Assembly (NCBI GenBank): GCA_965215565.1
Contig: CBDCDZ010000004.1
Location: 3,360,001-3,424,000, forward strand
From: Trueperaceae bacterium
GTDB taxonomy: Bacteria; Deinococcota; Deinococci; Deinococcales; Trueperaceae
DNA: 64,000 bases
Direction of reading: 5' to 3'
Made by a program: the position numbers and the translations under genes
The notes under the pieces: generated by a model
The model's input: only the letters and a program-made list of their open reading frames with translations
Databases searched by the model: none
Told to the model about the DNA's origin: nothing
Shown: positions 53,609-63,861 of the stretch, in pieces
Layout: every line of letters starts with the position of its first letter
How positions within the stretch are numbered: the stretch's first letter is position 1

Positions 53609-53742
53609 ATAGCAGGTATCATCTGGTCAGAGTGTACGAAGTTTTGCGAAGCAACACTCGCACTTTGTAAAACAATGTCTAGCACGCACTTCAAGGGATG
53701 ATATCTGCGCTCAACTGTCTCAATATGTTGTGGAACTGCTAT
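53609..53742 (+). mobile_element. MITE-like dispersed repeat copy
   Basis: ATAGCAGGTATCATCTGG...TAGCACGCAC...CTGCGCTCAACTGTCTCAATATGTTGTGGAACTGCTAT; 7-bp terminal inverted repeat. Confidence 0.8.
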
Positions 53743-54028
53743 AAAACCTGCGTAAGGACATCCCGTAAAAGCACCCCGTAGAAGCTTAACGCGCAAAAAG
53801 GCGCATCGACACGGATTAGTAGACGCCGCCTCCAAATAAGTGATGATTCGCTGCCATGTGCACAATCTCACACCTCGAGTCTACAAGGTTGTGAAAGATT
53901 TCATGGTGCAACCAGCACACCGCGCTAGCGCCGTGACTAGACCTGCGACTAAACCGTATGGACGCCAAATTGACGAGAGGGTGAGGCGCTAATTTTGGAG
54001 GGCTCGAGCTTCACCGCTTATCCAGCTT

Positions 54029-54994
54029 TTGTTATATCGTTGCTTGGGAGCGCGTTACACTACTCCGAACGCAAAGGAGGATACCGTCATCGCCATACTA
54101 CTCGGGTTTTTAGCCCTCCTCTTTGTCCTGCTGCTGTGGGGACTCGCCGAACCCTATTTCATCGACGTGCAGGAGAAAGAGGGCTTGATTCCGCGCCTGC
54201 CCGCCGCGTGGCAAGGGGCGCGCGTCGCGCTCATCGCGGATTTTCAGGTGGGGATGTGGCTCCACAACACGCCCACCATCCGCCGCGCCGTCCGCAAAAT
54301 TATCGAGGAGCGCCCGGCTTGCGTGCTCATCGCGGGCGACTTTATTTACGACAAGCGCACCGCGATTCCCGAAGCCGTCCAACTGACCAAACCGCTCATC
54401 GACGCGGGTCTCCCCACTTACGCCGTATTCGGCAACCACGACTACGCTCAACCTACTAAAGATGACCCGCCGGACAAGCAACTCGCCGCGGACTTGCGCA
54501 GCGCGTTAGAGGACATCGGGGTCAAGGTCATGCACAACGAGGCGACGACGCTGTCCCTGCCCAGTGCGCTAGAAGGTGACCCGCTCCACCTCGTCGGCGT
54601 CGGGGCGCATACGCCCGGCGAGGACAATGTGGCGCTGGCGCTCGCAAAACTGAGTCAGGATGCGCCGCGTCTCGTTCTGATGCACCACCCTAGCTCGTTC
54701 GCCGCTTTTCCCGCCCAAAGTGCGCCCCTCGCCGTCGCTGGGCACACGCATGGGGGGCAGATCAGCTTGCCTAAAGCACCCGGCTGGTCCTTATTAACCC
54801 GAATCCGCGACGGCGAGGTGTATGACGACGATTGGATCACTTCACATGCGAATGCGGGCAATAGCCTCTACGTCAACCGGGGCATCGGCTTTAGTCTGGT
54901 GCCGCTACGCATCTTCTGTATGCCCGAACTCACCTTCATCACGCTGAAACGCCCCAAGGACGATGCTCAGGGTAGCGAGCAGCATTCGCTATGA
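54029..54994 (+). CDS. Metallophosphoesterase (YkuE-like); start codon uncertain
   Basis: ADFQ, AGDF, GNHDY, MHHP, GHTHGGQ; N-terminal TM anchor. Confidence 0.9.
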   Translation: MLYRCLGARYTTPNAKEDTVIAILLGFLALLFVLLLWGLAEPYFIDVQEKEGLIPRLPAAWQGARVALIADFQVGMWLHNTPTIRRAVRKIIEERPACVLIAGDFIYDKRTAIPEAVQLTKPLIDAGLPTYAVFGNHDYAQPTKDDPPDKQLAADLRSALEDIGVKVMHNEATTLSLPSALEGDPLHLVGVGAHTPGEDNVALALAKLSQDAPRLVLMHHPSSFAAFPAQSAPLAVAGHTHGGQISLPKAPGWSLLTRIRDGEVYDDDWITSHANAGNSLYVNRGIGFSLVPLRIFCMPELTFITLKRPKDDAQGSEQHSL

Positions 54995-55104
54995 TGGGTG
55001 GACGTTTCGTTAAACGGTAGGGTGATTTATGAGGCGCAGATAGGGTACATTTTGTAGGGTGAAATTCTCGAGGCGGCGGGGGCAGCGCCACCCCAAGGAG
55101 CGCG

Positions 55105-56010
55105 ATGTTTAACTTTGACTTCAATCAAGCTTTGCAGCAGCTCACCGACAAACTCACGGGTTGGGTGCAGAGTGCCATCGTCGCCCTGCCCAACGTCGTC
55201 ATCGCGGTACTCGCCTTTTTGCTCTTTTACTTTGGGGCGAGGGCGGCTAGAAACCTCATCCAGCGCGGGTTAGACAGCGTTTCACGCAACCGTCAAGTCA
55301 ACGGACTCATAGCCACCACAAGTTACGTCGCGCTCCTTATCGTCGGCATCATGACCGCGCTGAGCATCCTCAACCTCTCGGGCGTCGTGACCTCGCTTTT
55401 GGCAGGCGTCGGCATCATCGGCTTAGCGCTCGGTTTCGCCTTTCAAGATTTGGCCGCGAACTTCATGTCAGGCATCTTGATTGCCATTAGGCAACCTTTC
55501 GAACTCGACGACGTCGTCGAAACGAACGACTACGTCGGCACCATCGAGAGCGTCTCGCTCCGCTCCACTTCGGTGCGCACCTTTCAGGGGCAGATTGTCC
55601 TCATACCGAACAAAGACATCTTCGGCAACCCCATCGTCAATTACTCGGCGACGCGAAAACGCCGCGTCGACCTCTCCTGCGGCGTCGCGTACGGCGACGA
55701 TTTGGAAAAGGCGCGGGACTTAGCTATTCGAGCGGTTGAGTCGATAGAGTATCTCGATACGAGCAAAGAGGTGCAGCTCTTCTACACCGAGTTCGGCGAC
55801 TCGTCCATCAACTTTAACGTCCGCTTCTGGATAGACTTCAAAAAGCAGGTGGACTACCTAAGAGCGCAGAGCGACGCTATTATGAAGATTAAGAAGAGCT
55901 ACGACGACAACGGCATCACCATCCCCTTTCCGATTCGCACGCTGGACTTTGGCGTGGTGGGCGGGGAGAAGCTGGCGGAGGCACTGCCACCTAAGTTGCG
56001 AGGGGAATAG
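55105..56010 (+). CDS. mscS: Small-conductance mechanosensitive channel
   Basis: GLALGFAFQDLAANF.SG, IPN, GVAY..D, IPFP. Confidence 0.92.
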   Translation: MFNFDFNQALQQLTDKLTGWVQSAIVALPNVVIAVLAFLLFYFGARAARNLIQRGLDSVSRNRQVNGLIATTSYVALLIVGIMTALSILNLSGVVTSLLAGVGIIGLALGFAFQDLAANFMSGILIAIRQPFELDDVVETNDYVGTIESVSLRSTSVRTFQGQIVLIPNKDIFGNPIVNYSATRKRRVDLSCGVAYGDDLEKARDLAIRAVESIEYLDTSKEVQLFYTEFGDSSINFNVRFWIDFKKQVDYLRAQSDAIMKIKKSYDDNGITIPFPIRTLDFGVVGGEKLAEALPPKLRGE

Positions 56011-56014
56011 CGTC

Positions 56015-56061
56015 TCAGCTAGTCAGGAAAAACCTGAAGTGCTGACACGCTGACTAGCTGA
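56015..56061. repeat. Nested inverted repeat after mscS
   Basis: TCAGCTAGTCAG (56015)/CTGACTAGCTGA (56050); inner TCAGG/CCTGA. Confidence 0.65.
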
Positions 56062-56091
56062 AGTGCTTCTCTCCTGTTACACTGCTACTTC

Positions 56092-56952
56092 ATGAGCGTC
56101 ACGCAAAAAGCCCCCCGCATCGCTTACCAAGGTATCTCCGGCGCGTTCAGCGAGGAGGCGTCCTTGCAGTTCGCCCCTGACGGGGAAACCGTCGGCTTTC
56201 ACACCTTTAGAGAGGCATTTCAAGCGACTGTTACCGAAAGCTGCGACTTCGCCTGTTTGCCCGTCGAAAACTCGCTAGCGGGCTCCATCAACCAGACGTA
56301 TGACCTCTTAACCGACTCGGTTTTGCACGTCGTCGGTGAGCAAATCGTCCGCGTCCATCACAACCTCTTAGCGAAACCCGGCACGAAGCTAGAAGAGGTC
56401 AAGCGCGTCTACAGCCACCCACAAGCTTTGGCGCAGTGCCAGGCGTTTCTGGCGAAGCACCACATGGAGGCGGTGACGGATTTCGACACGGCGGGCGCAG
56501 CCAAACTTCTAGCGGACGGGAATAATTCAGGTGGAGGCGAGGGCAAAGCGGCGATCGCCTCCAAACGCGCCGCCGAAATCTACGGCTTAGAGATTTTGCG
56601 CGAGCACATCGAAGACGTGGACTTTAACTACACGCGCTTTTTTATCCTCGGTCCAGACGAAAAACCCAAAGGCGAGGGTAAACATAAGTCGAGTTTGGTC
56701 ATCGCCACGCGGCACCGTCCCGGCGACCTGGTGGCGTGCTTAGAGCAGTTTCCCGAGTATGGCATCAACATGACCAAGCTCGAGTCCCGCCCCCGCCGCG
56801 ACAAGCCCTGGAGCTACCTCTTTTATATCGACATCGAAGGGCATTTAGACGACACGAATGTACAAAACGCAATGACCGGGCTGATGAGAAAAGCGGCGTT
56901 CGTCAAGTTCTTGGGCTCGTATCCGGCTGCGCCCTCCATCGTGGAGCCGTGA
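56092..56952 (+). CDS. pheA: Prephenate dehydratase
   Basis: PVENSLAGS, SHPQALAQC, NYTRF, ESRP, LGSYP. Confidence 0.96.
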   Translation: MSVTQKAPRIAYQGISGAFSEEASLQFAPDGETVGFHTFREAFQATVTESCDFACLPVENSLAGSINQTYDLLTDSVLHVVGEQIVRVHHNLLAKPGTKLEEVKRVYSHPQALAQCQAFLAKHHMEAVTDFDTAGAAKLLADGNNSGGGEGKAAIASKRAAEIYGLEILREHIEDVDFNYTRFFILGPDEKPKGEGKHKSSLVIATRHRPGDLVACLEQFPEYGINMTKLESRPRRDKPWSYLFYIDIEGHLDDTNVQNAMTGLMRKAAFVKFLGSYPAAPSIVEP

Positions 56953-57027
56953 GCGGAACGTGGCTGGCTCGAGAGGTACAAGCAAGAGGTTGAAACCCCT
57001 TGTTCATCGGTTCTAGTCCTCGGTCCG

Positions 57028-57753
57028 ATGCTCGCCACCTTTATTCTCACTACAGTTATCGCCTTCGTCGTCAAAGGTCTAACGGGCTTTGGTCCTGCGC
57101 TGGTGATGGTTCCCGTTTTTAGCTATTTTTTGCCCTTCACCGAAGTCGTGCCCATTAGCGGTGCACTCCTCTTCTTTTCAAACCTTCCCCTCGCCTTTTC
57201 GGGAAGAGGTCAACTGCCTAAGCGGAGCTTCATTCCCGCGGCGCTTGGCTTCGGGATTGGCGTGGCGTTGGGCGGCAACTTACTCGTTATCTTGCCCGAA
57301 GCGGTTTTGCAACAGATTCTTGGGGTGACGCTCATTGGGTTTTGCGGCTATCAGCTCTGGGGTGGGCGGCAGGTGGACGAAAGACCTCTTTTAGATAGAG
57401 GGGAGCAGGTGAGGCTTCTGGTGGTCTCGAGCCTCAGCGGTCTCATCGTCGGGGCAGTTGGTGCGGGCGCGTTGCCGCTTATCATCTACCTCGGTTTGCG
57501 CTATCCTAAAGCGAACTTTAGACTGCTACTCACTTACGTCTTCTTGGTTGGCTCCGCCTCACAGGTTGCGGTTTACAGCCTGCGCGGGCTCTACACATCC
57601 GATGTTCTCCTTTTAAGCGCCGGTCTTATCGTCCCGATGTTCTTAGGGCTCTGGCTCGGCTCACTCTTTTTCGGGCGCGTGCCGCAGCGCACCTTTAACC
57701 GCGTGGTGGGTGTGTTGCTCCTCTTGCCAGCGGTGCAACTGCTGACGAGCTAG
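57028..57753 (+). CDS. Sulfite exporter TauE/SafE family membrane protein
   Basis: KGLTGFG..LV.VP; about 8 TM helices. Confidence 0.85.
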   Translation: MLATFILTTVIAFVVKGLTGFGPALVMVPVFSYFLPFTEVVPISGALLFFSNLPLAFSGRGQLPKRSFIPAALGFGIGVALGGNLLVILPEAVLQQILGVTLIGFCGYQLWGGRQVDERPLLDRGEQVRLLVVSSLSGLIVGAVGAGALPLIIYLGLRYPKANFRLLLTYVFLVGSASQVAVYSLRGLYTSDVLLLSAGLIVPMFLGLWLGSLFFGRVPQRTFNRVVGVLLLLPAVQLLTS

Positions 57754-57805
57754 AAATGAGGTCGCAAAACTAAAGAGGTCAAGCCGTTGCGTATAGACTG
57801 AGCAC

Positions 57806-58042
57806 ATGGATTCGGATATCAACGCAGACACGCAAGTCAAAGAAACGATTACCTTAAACGACACTCTGAAGCTCTCCGGTTTGGCAGAGACAGGTGGGCA
57901 CGCCAAAGTGATGATTCAGGCAGGTGAGGTGCTTGTGAATGGAGAGGTGGAGACGCGGCGTAAGCGCAAGTTGAAAGAGGGGGATGTGGTGAGCGTGGGG
58001 GAGGAGGAGTTTGTGTTGGAGTTGGACGCGGAGGAAGAATAA
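57806..58042 (+). CDS. S4-domain RNA-binding protein (YbcJ/YaaA-like)
   Basis: LK..G...TGG.AK..I..G.V.VNGE.ETRR..KL..GD. Confidence 0.92.
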   Translation: MDSDINADTQVKETITLNDTLKLSGLAETGGHAKVMIQAGEVLVNGEVETRRKRKLKEGDVVSVGEEEFVLELDAEEE

Positions 58043-58110
58043 GTTGCTTGTCACATCCAAATGAATGTAAAGTTGTAATATAGTACATATACTTAATTTT
58101 TGAGGTATTC

Positions 58111-58914
58111 GTGATGTCGTTAGAGACAGCTTCTTTACAAAAATCATTCTCTGTACGGATGTCAGGAGAGAATATATCTCCTGAAGCTGTTCCTGTGAAC
58201 GACCTCGTAGAACTGCTTAAACATTTTCAGAAGCTGGTTAAAGCATATTCTCAAGAGAAGTCCCTAAGCCCGAAAGAAGAATCATCTGTTACCGCACAAA
58301 TTAGCTTGGCGGAAATTAAACGGGGTAGCGCTATTTATACTATAGCGACTGATACTTACGCTATAAACGCTATTACGGCTACTTCGGAAGCAATTCAATC
58401 AGGATATTATTCAGACCTTCCCACCGATGTCCTTGAGGAATTAAGGGGCATCTCGGAATTTGGACGCAAGAAGCATCTATCAGTTGAACTTATTCACAAT
58501 GAATTTTCTACTGAAACAACAGTCAGGCTAGATGCTGATTTGTTACCACAACTCCCGCTTATCTCTGGAACAACGACGCTTTTTGGAATCTGCCTTCGTG
58601 TAGGTGGTATGAAGCCAACTGCGGCGATTAAGCCATTATCGGGAGGGCGCACCATCTATGCCCAAGCTAGCGAAGAGATAGCTAGGCGGCTCGCTGCCCG
58701 TTTATACGAAGAGGTCGTTCTCGAGGGTAGTGCTGTATGGCGCTCAGATACTTGGGAAATTAAAGAGTTTTCTATATCAAGGCTCGTCCCTTACCAACGC
58801 CAAAATCTTGAACAATCATTCAAAGAGTTAGCAGACGCCTCGAGGGGAAGATGGAACGATATTGACGCTGCTGACTATGTAGATGGTCTTAGGGATGAGG
58901 CCATAGAGGAATGA
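58111..58914 (+). CDS. Hypothetical protein (267 aa) coupled to a PIN gene
   Basis: AT-rich ORF; ATGA overlap with the next gene. Confidence 0.75.
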   Translation: MMSLETASLQKSFSVRMSGENISPEAVPVNDLVELLKHFQKLVKAYSQEKSLSPKEESSVTAQISLAEIKRGSAIYTIATDTYAINAITATSEAIQSGYYSDLPTDVLEELRGISEFGRKKHLSVELIHNEFSTETTVRLDADLLPQLPLISGTTTLFGICLRVGGMKPTAAIKPLSGGRTIYAQASEEIARRLAARLYEEVVLEGSAVWRSDTWEIKEFSISRLVPYQRQNLEQSFKELADASRGRWNDIDAADYVDGLRDEAIEE

Positions 58915-59390
58915 TCTGCCTCGACACACAAGTTCTTATTTGGGGAGTGCAAGGACAAGCCACACCAAACGCTCAAGAAATGATAGCAAGAACAGCAAAA
59001 TACATAGCCCATCTGGAAGCACAGAATACTAGGGTCATTATACCCGCTCCGGTAGTAACTGAATATTTGCAAGGCTTTGAAGTAGAAGAGCAGCCGAGGC
59101 AGCTTATCGCTCTTCAGAGAAATTTTGTCATACCAGCATTTGATATTGCAGCGGCAACACTTACTGCGAAGTTGATGCGAGAGCGGCAGAAAGAGGTTGG
59201 TCGGCGAAGCAACGAAACTAGACAGAGCTTAAAAGTGGACTTTATGATCGCAGCAATAGCAATTCAGCAAGGTGCGACCACCATAGTCACACACAACACG
59301 AGTGATTTTAAGGGCATCTGCGGCAACCGAATTAGCGTGATTGATGTTCCTGATATAGCGTTGCAAGGTGGATTGGATTTTCAGACTTGA
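58911..59390 (+). CDS. PIN domain (VapC-like) protein
   Basis: ICLDTQVLIW, VVTEY, D.MIAAIA, T.N..DF. Confidence 0.88.
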   Translation: MICLDTQVLIWGVQGQATPNAQEMIARTAKYIAHLEAQNTRVIIPAPVVTEYLQGFEVEEQPRQLIALQRNFVIPAFDIAAATLTAKLMRERQKEVGRRSNETRQSLKVDFMIAAIAIQQGATTIVTHNTSDFKGICGNRISVIDVPDIALQGGLDFQT

Positions 59391-59429
59391 GCAACACAAG
59401 GTCTATCTGCCCAATCTAGCTCGAGCCCC

Positions 59430-59978
59430 TCAAAGCACCGGAAATACAGCAACCTCCACCTCTGGAAACGCCCTCGGCGCAACCTTCTCACCGCGCCGCA
59501 CAATTAAGCTGTAGCGGTATCTATTGCCATCAGGCTCCCAATACACCTCTGCAAGTCCGTTTGCTACATCAACAATCCAAAGTTCTGGCACGCCCGCTTC
59601 GGCATAAGCAGGCAGCTTCTTTTCCTTATCGAAGGCTAAGCTCGACAGGCTTACTTCAACGGCGAGCAGCGTATCTTCGGCTGTGGGGTGCGCGTCCATG
59701 TAGAAGTTATCTTTTGGATGTAAAAGAGCGAGGTCAGGCTCGAGCAAGCAGTATTCGTTCAAAATCAGCGGATGACGGACGCTGATGATGGCGCTTTCTT
59801 CGTAGGCTTCTTGTAGCACCTTATTGAGCCACATTACATGTCCAGATTGTCGGCTACTCGGCAGCGACGTTACGCAAATCTCGCCGTCTAAGAGTTCAAC
59901 CCGCTTCTCTGGTAGACTCGTCTTAGCACCATCTATTGCAAAGAGGTCATCTACCGTAAATTTGTACTTAGTGACCAC
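59430..59978 (-). CDS. Uma2 family endonuclease-like protein
   Basis: [18 protein letters not shown]...YA.AGVPE.WIVD. Confidence 0.9.
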   Translation of the reverse strand: MVTKYKFTVDDLFAIDGAKTSLPEKRVELLDGEICVTSLPSSRQSGHVMWLNKVLQEAYEESAIISVRHPLILNEYCLLEPDLALLHPKDNFYMDAHPTAEDTLLAVEVSLSSLAFDKEKKLPAYAEAGVPELWIVDVANGLAEVYWEPDGNRYRYSLIVRRGEKVAPRAFPEVEVAVFPVL

Positions 59979-60056
59979 AGCACTACTTTAGCATTCAGCG
60001 CCGCAACAATTTCTGTATCTTTATGCGTGTTATCCTCTTCCCTCGAGAGGTACACC

Positions 60057-63000
60057 ATGCCCAAACGCACCGACCTTAAAAAAATCCTGATTCTAGGCTC
60101 CGGCCCCATCGTGATTGGTCAAGCCGCCGAATTCGACTACTCCGGCACGCAAGCCTGCAAAGCGCTCCGCGCCGAGGGCTTTGAGGTGGTACTCATCAAC
60201 TCGAACCCGGCGACCATTATGACCGACCCGGAGGTGGCGGATAAAACCTATATCGAGCCCCTAACGCCCGAGTTTGCCGAAAAAGTCATCATCGCGGAGC
60301 AGCCGGACGCGCTCTTGCCGACGTTGGGCGGACAGACGGCGCTCAACCTCGCGAAAGCTTTGTATGAAGCCGGAACGCTTGAGAAACACGGCGTCGAACT
60401 CATCGGCGCGAACTACGACGCGATTCAAAAGGGTGAAGACAGGCAGCTCTTTCAGCAAGCGATGAATAAAATAGGCATCAGCACGCCTGCTGGGAAGATG
60501 GTGGGGACGCTCGAGGAAGCCTTAGCGTTCACTCAAGAAATCGGCTACCCTGCGATTATCCGTCCGTCTTTTACGCTGGGCGGTACGGGCGGCGGTATCG
60601 CCTACGACGAAGCGGAGTTTCGCCAAATCGTGCGCCAGGGCTTGCACGACTCACCCGTACACACCGTTCAGGTCGAGCAGTCCGTCTTGGGTTGGAAAGA
60701 GTACGAGCTAGAGGTCATGCGCGACCACAACGACACGGTGGTCATCATCTGCTCGATTGAAAACGTGGACCCGATGGGCGTGCATACGGGCGACTCCATC
60801 ACGGTTGCGCCCGCGCAGACCCTGTCGGATAAGGAATATCAGAAGCTCCGCGACTTCTCCATCGACATCATCCGCGAAATCGGCGTGGAGACGGGCGGCT
60901 CGAACATCCAGTTCGCGGTGAACCCTGCGAACGGTGACATCATCGTGATTGAAATGAACCCGAGGGTGTCGCGCTCATCGGCGTTAGCGAGCAAAGCGAC
61001 GGGCTACCCGATTGCGAAGATTGCTGCTTTGCTCGCGGTAGGCTATCACTTGGATGAGTTGCCCAACGACATCACTCGCGTGACGAAAGCTGCTTTTGAG
61101 CCCTCCATTGACTACGTCGTGACGAAGATTCCGCGCTTCGCCTTCGAGAAGTTCCCAGAAACGAAAGACGTGCTCGGCACGCAGATGCGCAGCGTCGGTG
61201 AGGTCATGGCGATTGGGCGTACGTTCAAAGAATCGCTCTTCAAAGCCTTGCGCTCCTTAGAACTCGACGTGCGCGGCGCGACGAAAGATCTCAACTTGGC
61301 GCAGCTAGAAAGCCGCTTGTACCCCAACCCGCGCCGCTTGCCTGCTTTGTTAGAACTTCTGCGGCGCGGCAAGAGCACGCGCTATTTGGGGGAGAAAACG
61401 TCCGTTGACCCCTGGTTTTTGGGGCAGCTTAAAGAGATTGTGGACGTGGAGAAAGAAATGACGCGCTTGGGTGGGCCGAGTCGGTGGAGCGAAGGGGTAT
61501 GGCTCGAGGTCAAACGCATCGGCTTCAGCGACGCGGACTTGGCGCAACTCACGAACACCTCGGCGGGAGAGATTCGCCGTATCCGCGTAGAGAGAGGTCG
61601 GACGCCCGTCTATAAAACGGTGGACACTTGCGCCGCTGAGTTCGAGGCGTACACGCCCTATCACTACAGCACGTATGAGCGAGAGGATGAGGTCACGGAC
61701 TCGGACAAACAAAAAGTCGTCATCTTAGGCTCCGGTCCAAACCGCATCGGGCAAGGCGTCGAGTTCGACTACGCGACGGTGCACGCGGTCTGGGCGCTCA
61801 AAGAGGCGGGCTATGAGACCATCATGGTCAACTCGAACCCCGAGACCGTCTCGACGGACTATGACACGGCGGATAGGCTCTACTTCGAGCCCTTGACCTT
61901 TGAGGATACGCTCAACATCATCCAACGGGAAGAGGCTGTGGGCGTGATCGTCCAACTCGGCGGGCAGACACCTTTGAAACTGGCGCAACCTCTTGCGGAT
62001 GCGGGCGTGCCGATTTGGGGCACACCTGCTGAGGCCATCTTCGCCGCTGAGGACCGCGATGCGTTCTATACGCTATGTCAGAAGTTAGAGATTCCACAAC
62101 CAAGGGGCGGCGTGGCGAAAAAGCCTAAAGAAGCGCGCGCTCTCGCCCAGGACATCGGCTACCCCGTGATGGTGCGCCCCTCGTTTGTGTTAGGCGGACG
62201 GGCGATGCGGCGCGTCTATAACGCGGCGGAGTTAAGTGAATACTTAGAAGAGGTCTACGCGGAGTTGCCGGACAATCCCTCGATTCTGGTGGATGAATTT
62301 TTGGAGGGAGCCAAAGAGGTCGACGTAGACGCCCTAGCGGACGGCGAACACGCTGTCGTCGCGGGCATCATGGAACACATCGAGGGCGCGGGCGTCCATT
62401 CGGGCGACAGCGCGTGCATCACACCGCCCGTTACGTTGAGCCAAGAGGTTATAGAGACGCTTCACGAGTACAGCGTCAAACTCGCCAAAAAGATTGGCGT
62501 GAAAGGGCTCATCAATATCCAGTACGTGATTCAAAACGACAAGGTCTACGTCATCGAGGCGAATCCAAGAGCGAGCCGTACGGTTCCTTACCTCTCCAAA
62601 GCGGTTGGTCATCCGCTCGCTAAGTACGCAGCGCTGATTGCGGCAGGTCAGACGCTCGCAGACCTAAGCTTCACCGAAACGCCTAAGCCAGAGGTCTATA
62701 GCGTTAAAGAGGTCGTCTTGCCCTTCCTCAAATTTACGAACGTGCCGCCCGTATTAGGACCGGAGATGCGCTCGACGGGTGAGAGTATGGGCATTGACGC
62801 GGACCCCTATTTGGCTTTTTACAAAGCGCTTTTAGGTGCGAACGTGCGCCCACCATCTCGAGGAGAGGTGCGGCTCATCGGGGATGACGTGGCAAGTTTG
62901 GAAACGAATTTGACCTCTTTAGGGTTTAGTGTGAGCAGCGGAATCGACACTGAGCTGAGCGAAGAACCGAGCTATGACCTCTTGATCGATACAGTGCACA

Positions 63001-63155
63001 CGCCCGAGTTGCGCCGCGCTCTGGAGAACGGCGTTCCTTACATCACGACGAAAGAGGCGGCGCAGTGGCTCGTCAAGGCGATTGAGAGGACTCGAAACGC
63101 AGGTTTAGATGTCAACGCCTTGCAGAACCTTGGAGTTCAGGGGGTGTCTGGCTAG
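60057..63155 (+). CDS. carB: Carbamoyl-phosphate synthase large subunit
   Basis: [19 protein letters not shown], duplicated ATP-grasp halves, GPEMRSTGE. Confidence 0.98.
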   Translation: MPKRTDLKKILILGSGPIVIGQAAEFDYSGTQACKALRAEGFEVVLINSNPATIMTDPEVADKTYIEPLTPEFAEKVIIAEQPDALLPTLGGQTALNLAKALYEAGTLEKHGVELIGANYDAIQKGEDRQLFQQAMNKIGISTPAGKMVGTLEEALAFTQEIGYPAIIRPSFTLGGTGGGIAYDEAEFRQIVRQGLHDSPVHTVQVEQSVLGWKEYELEVMRDHNDTVVIICSIENVDPMGVHTGDSITVAPAQTLSDKEYQKLRDFSIDIIREIGVETGGSNIQFAVNPANGDIIVIEMNPRVSRSSALASKATGYPIAKIAALLAVGYHLDELPNDITRVTKAAFEPSIDYVVTKIPRFAFEKFPETKDVLGTQMRSVGEVMAIGRTFKESLFKALRSLELDVRGATKDLNLAQLESRLYPNPRRLPALLELLRRGKSTRYLGEKTSVDPWFLGQLKEIVDVEKEMTRLGGPSRWSEGVWLEVKRIGFSDADLAQLTNTSAGEIRRIRVERGRTPVYKTVDTCAAEFEAYTPYHYSTYEREDEVTDSDKQKVVILGSGPNRIGQGVEFDYATVHAVWALKEAGYETIMVNSNPETVSTDYDTADRLYFEPLTFEDTLNIIQREEAVGVIVQLGGQTPLKLAQPLADAGVPIWGTPAEAIFAAEDRDAFYTLCQKLEIPQPRGGVAKKPKEARALAQDIGYPVMVRPSFVLGGRAMRRVYNAAELSEYLEEVYAELPDNPSILVDEFLEGAKEVDVDALADGEHAVVAGIMEHIEGAGVHSGDSACITPPVTLSQEVIETLHEYSVKLAKKIGVKGLINIQYVIQNDKVYVIEANPRASRTVPYLSKAVGHPLAKYAALIAAGQTLADLSFTETPKPEVYSVKEVVLPFLKFTNVPPVLGPEMRSTGESMGIDADPYLAFYKALLGANVRPPSRGEVRLIGDDVASLETNLTSLGFSVSSGIDTELSEEPSYDLLIDTVHTPELRRALENGVPYITTKEAAQWLVKAIERTRNAGLDVNALQNLGVQGVSG

Positions 63156-63183
63156 GGGCAGCGCTCTCGTTCGTTGAGGTGGT

Positions 63184-63861
63184 TTAGATGACCTGCATCA
63201 CGTAGTGGTCCGTCGCCGCCTCTAACCCTTTCGGATTCGCCACGTAGATGCCGCGCGTTCCCGAGAGCGCCCCTTCACTTCTAAGTTCGCCCAGGATGCG
63301 CGTGATGGTAACGCGGGACGAGCCCGTCAGCGACGCCAAATCCTCGTGGGTCAGTGCGAGCGGCAGCTTGACGCCAGCCTGGTCGTCGGCGTGCTGACCG
63401 AAGCGCTCGGCTAAGCGTAAGAAAGCGCGCGTGACGCGAGCGCCCACCGGCAGCTCGGCGTCGTCAATCGCTTCGCGGCTGCGGCGCAGTTGCCGCGCCA
63501 TGCTGCTCACGATGTAGTCGCGCAGCTTGCGGTCGTTCATCGCTTGCTGGGGGTCTAAAGGGGTCAAGCAGGCGTCGTGGACCGCCTCGACGGTCTCGGC
63601 GTGACGCCCCGACTCGATCGTGGCAACGCCCAACACGTCGCCGGGACCGTAGAGGTCAGCGATGCGGTCGCGCCCGAGCGAGGTGGGCACGATCGCTTTA
63701 AGCACGCCCTGGTTGACGATGTAGAGCGAGCTGGCGTCGCGCCCTGACTCGTAGAGCACACTGCCGGGCTCCAAGGTGCGCGTCGGGTGGGCGAGCGTGC
63801 TCGGAACGACGGTGGGGGTGGTGCAGTCTCCCTGGATGAGGTGTTCGGTTACGCTTAACAT
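63184..63861 (-). CDS. Crp/Fnr family transcriptional regulator
   Basis: cNMP-binding fold (LYIV..G.LK, GPGD.LG); HTH LTHEDLASLTGSSRVTITR. Confidence 0.92.
   Translation of the reverse strand: MLSVTEHLIQGDCTTPTVVPSTLAHPTRTLEPGSVLYESGRDASSLYIVNQGVLKAIVPTSLGRDRIADLYGPGDVLGVATIESGRHAETVEAVHDACLTPLDPQQAMNDRKLRDYIVSSMARQLRRSREAIDDAELPVGARVTRAFLRLAERFGQHADDQAGVKLPLALTHEDLASLTGSSRVTITRILGELRSEGALSGTRGIYVANPKGLEAATDHYVMQVI

Noticed and set aside
62800..63155. Shortened CarB C-terminal (MGS-like) domain as a pseudogene sign
   Set aside because: The frame is intact to a normal stop; more likely a lineage trait.
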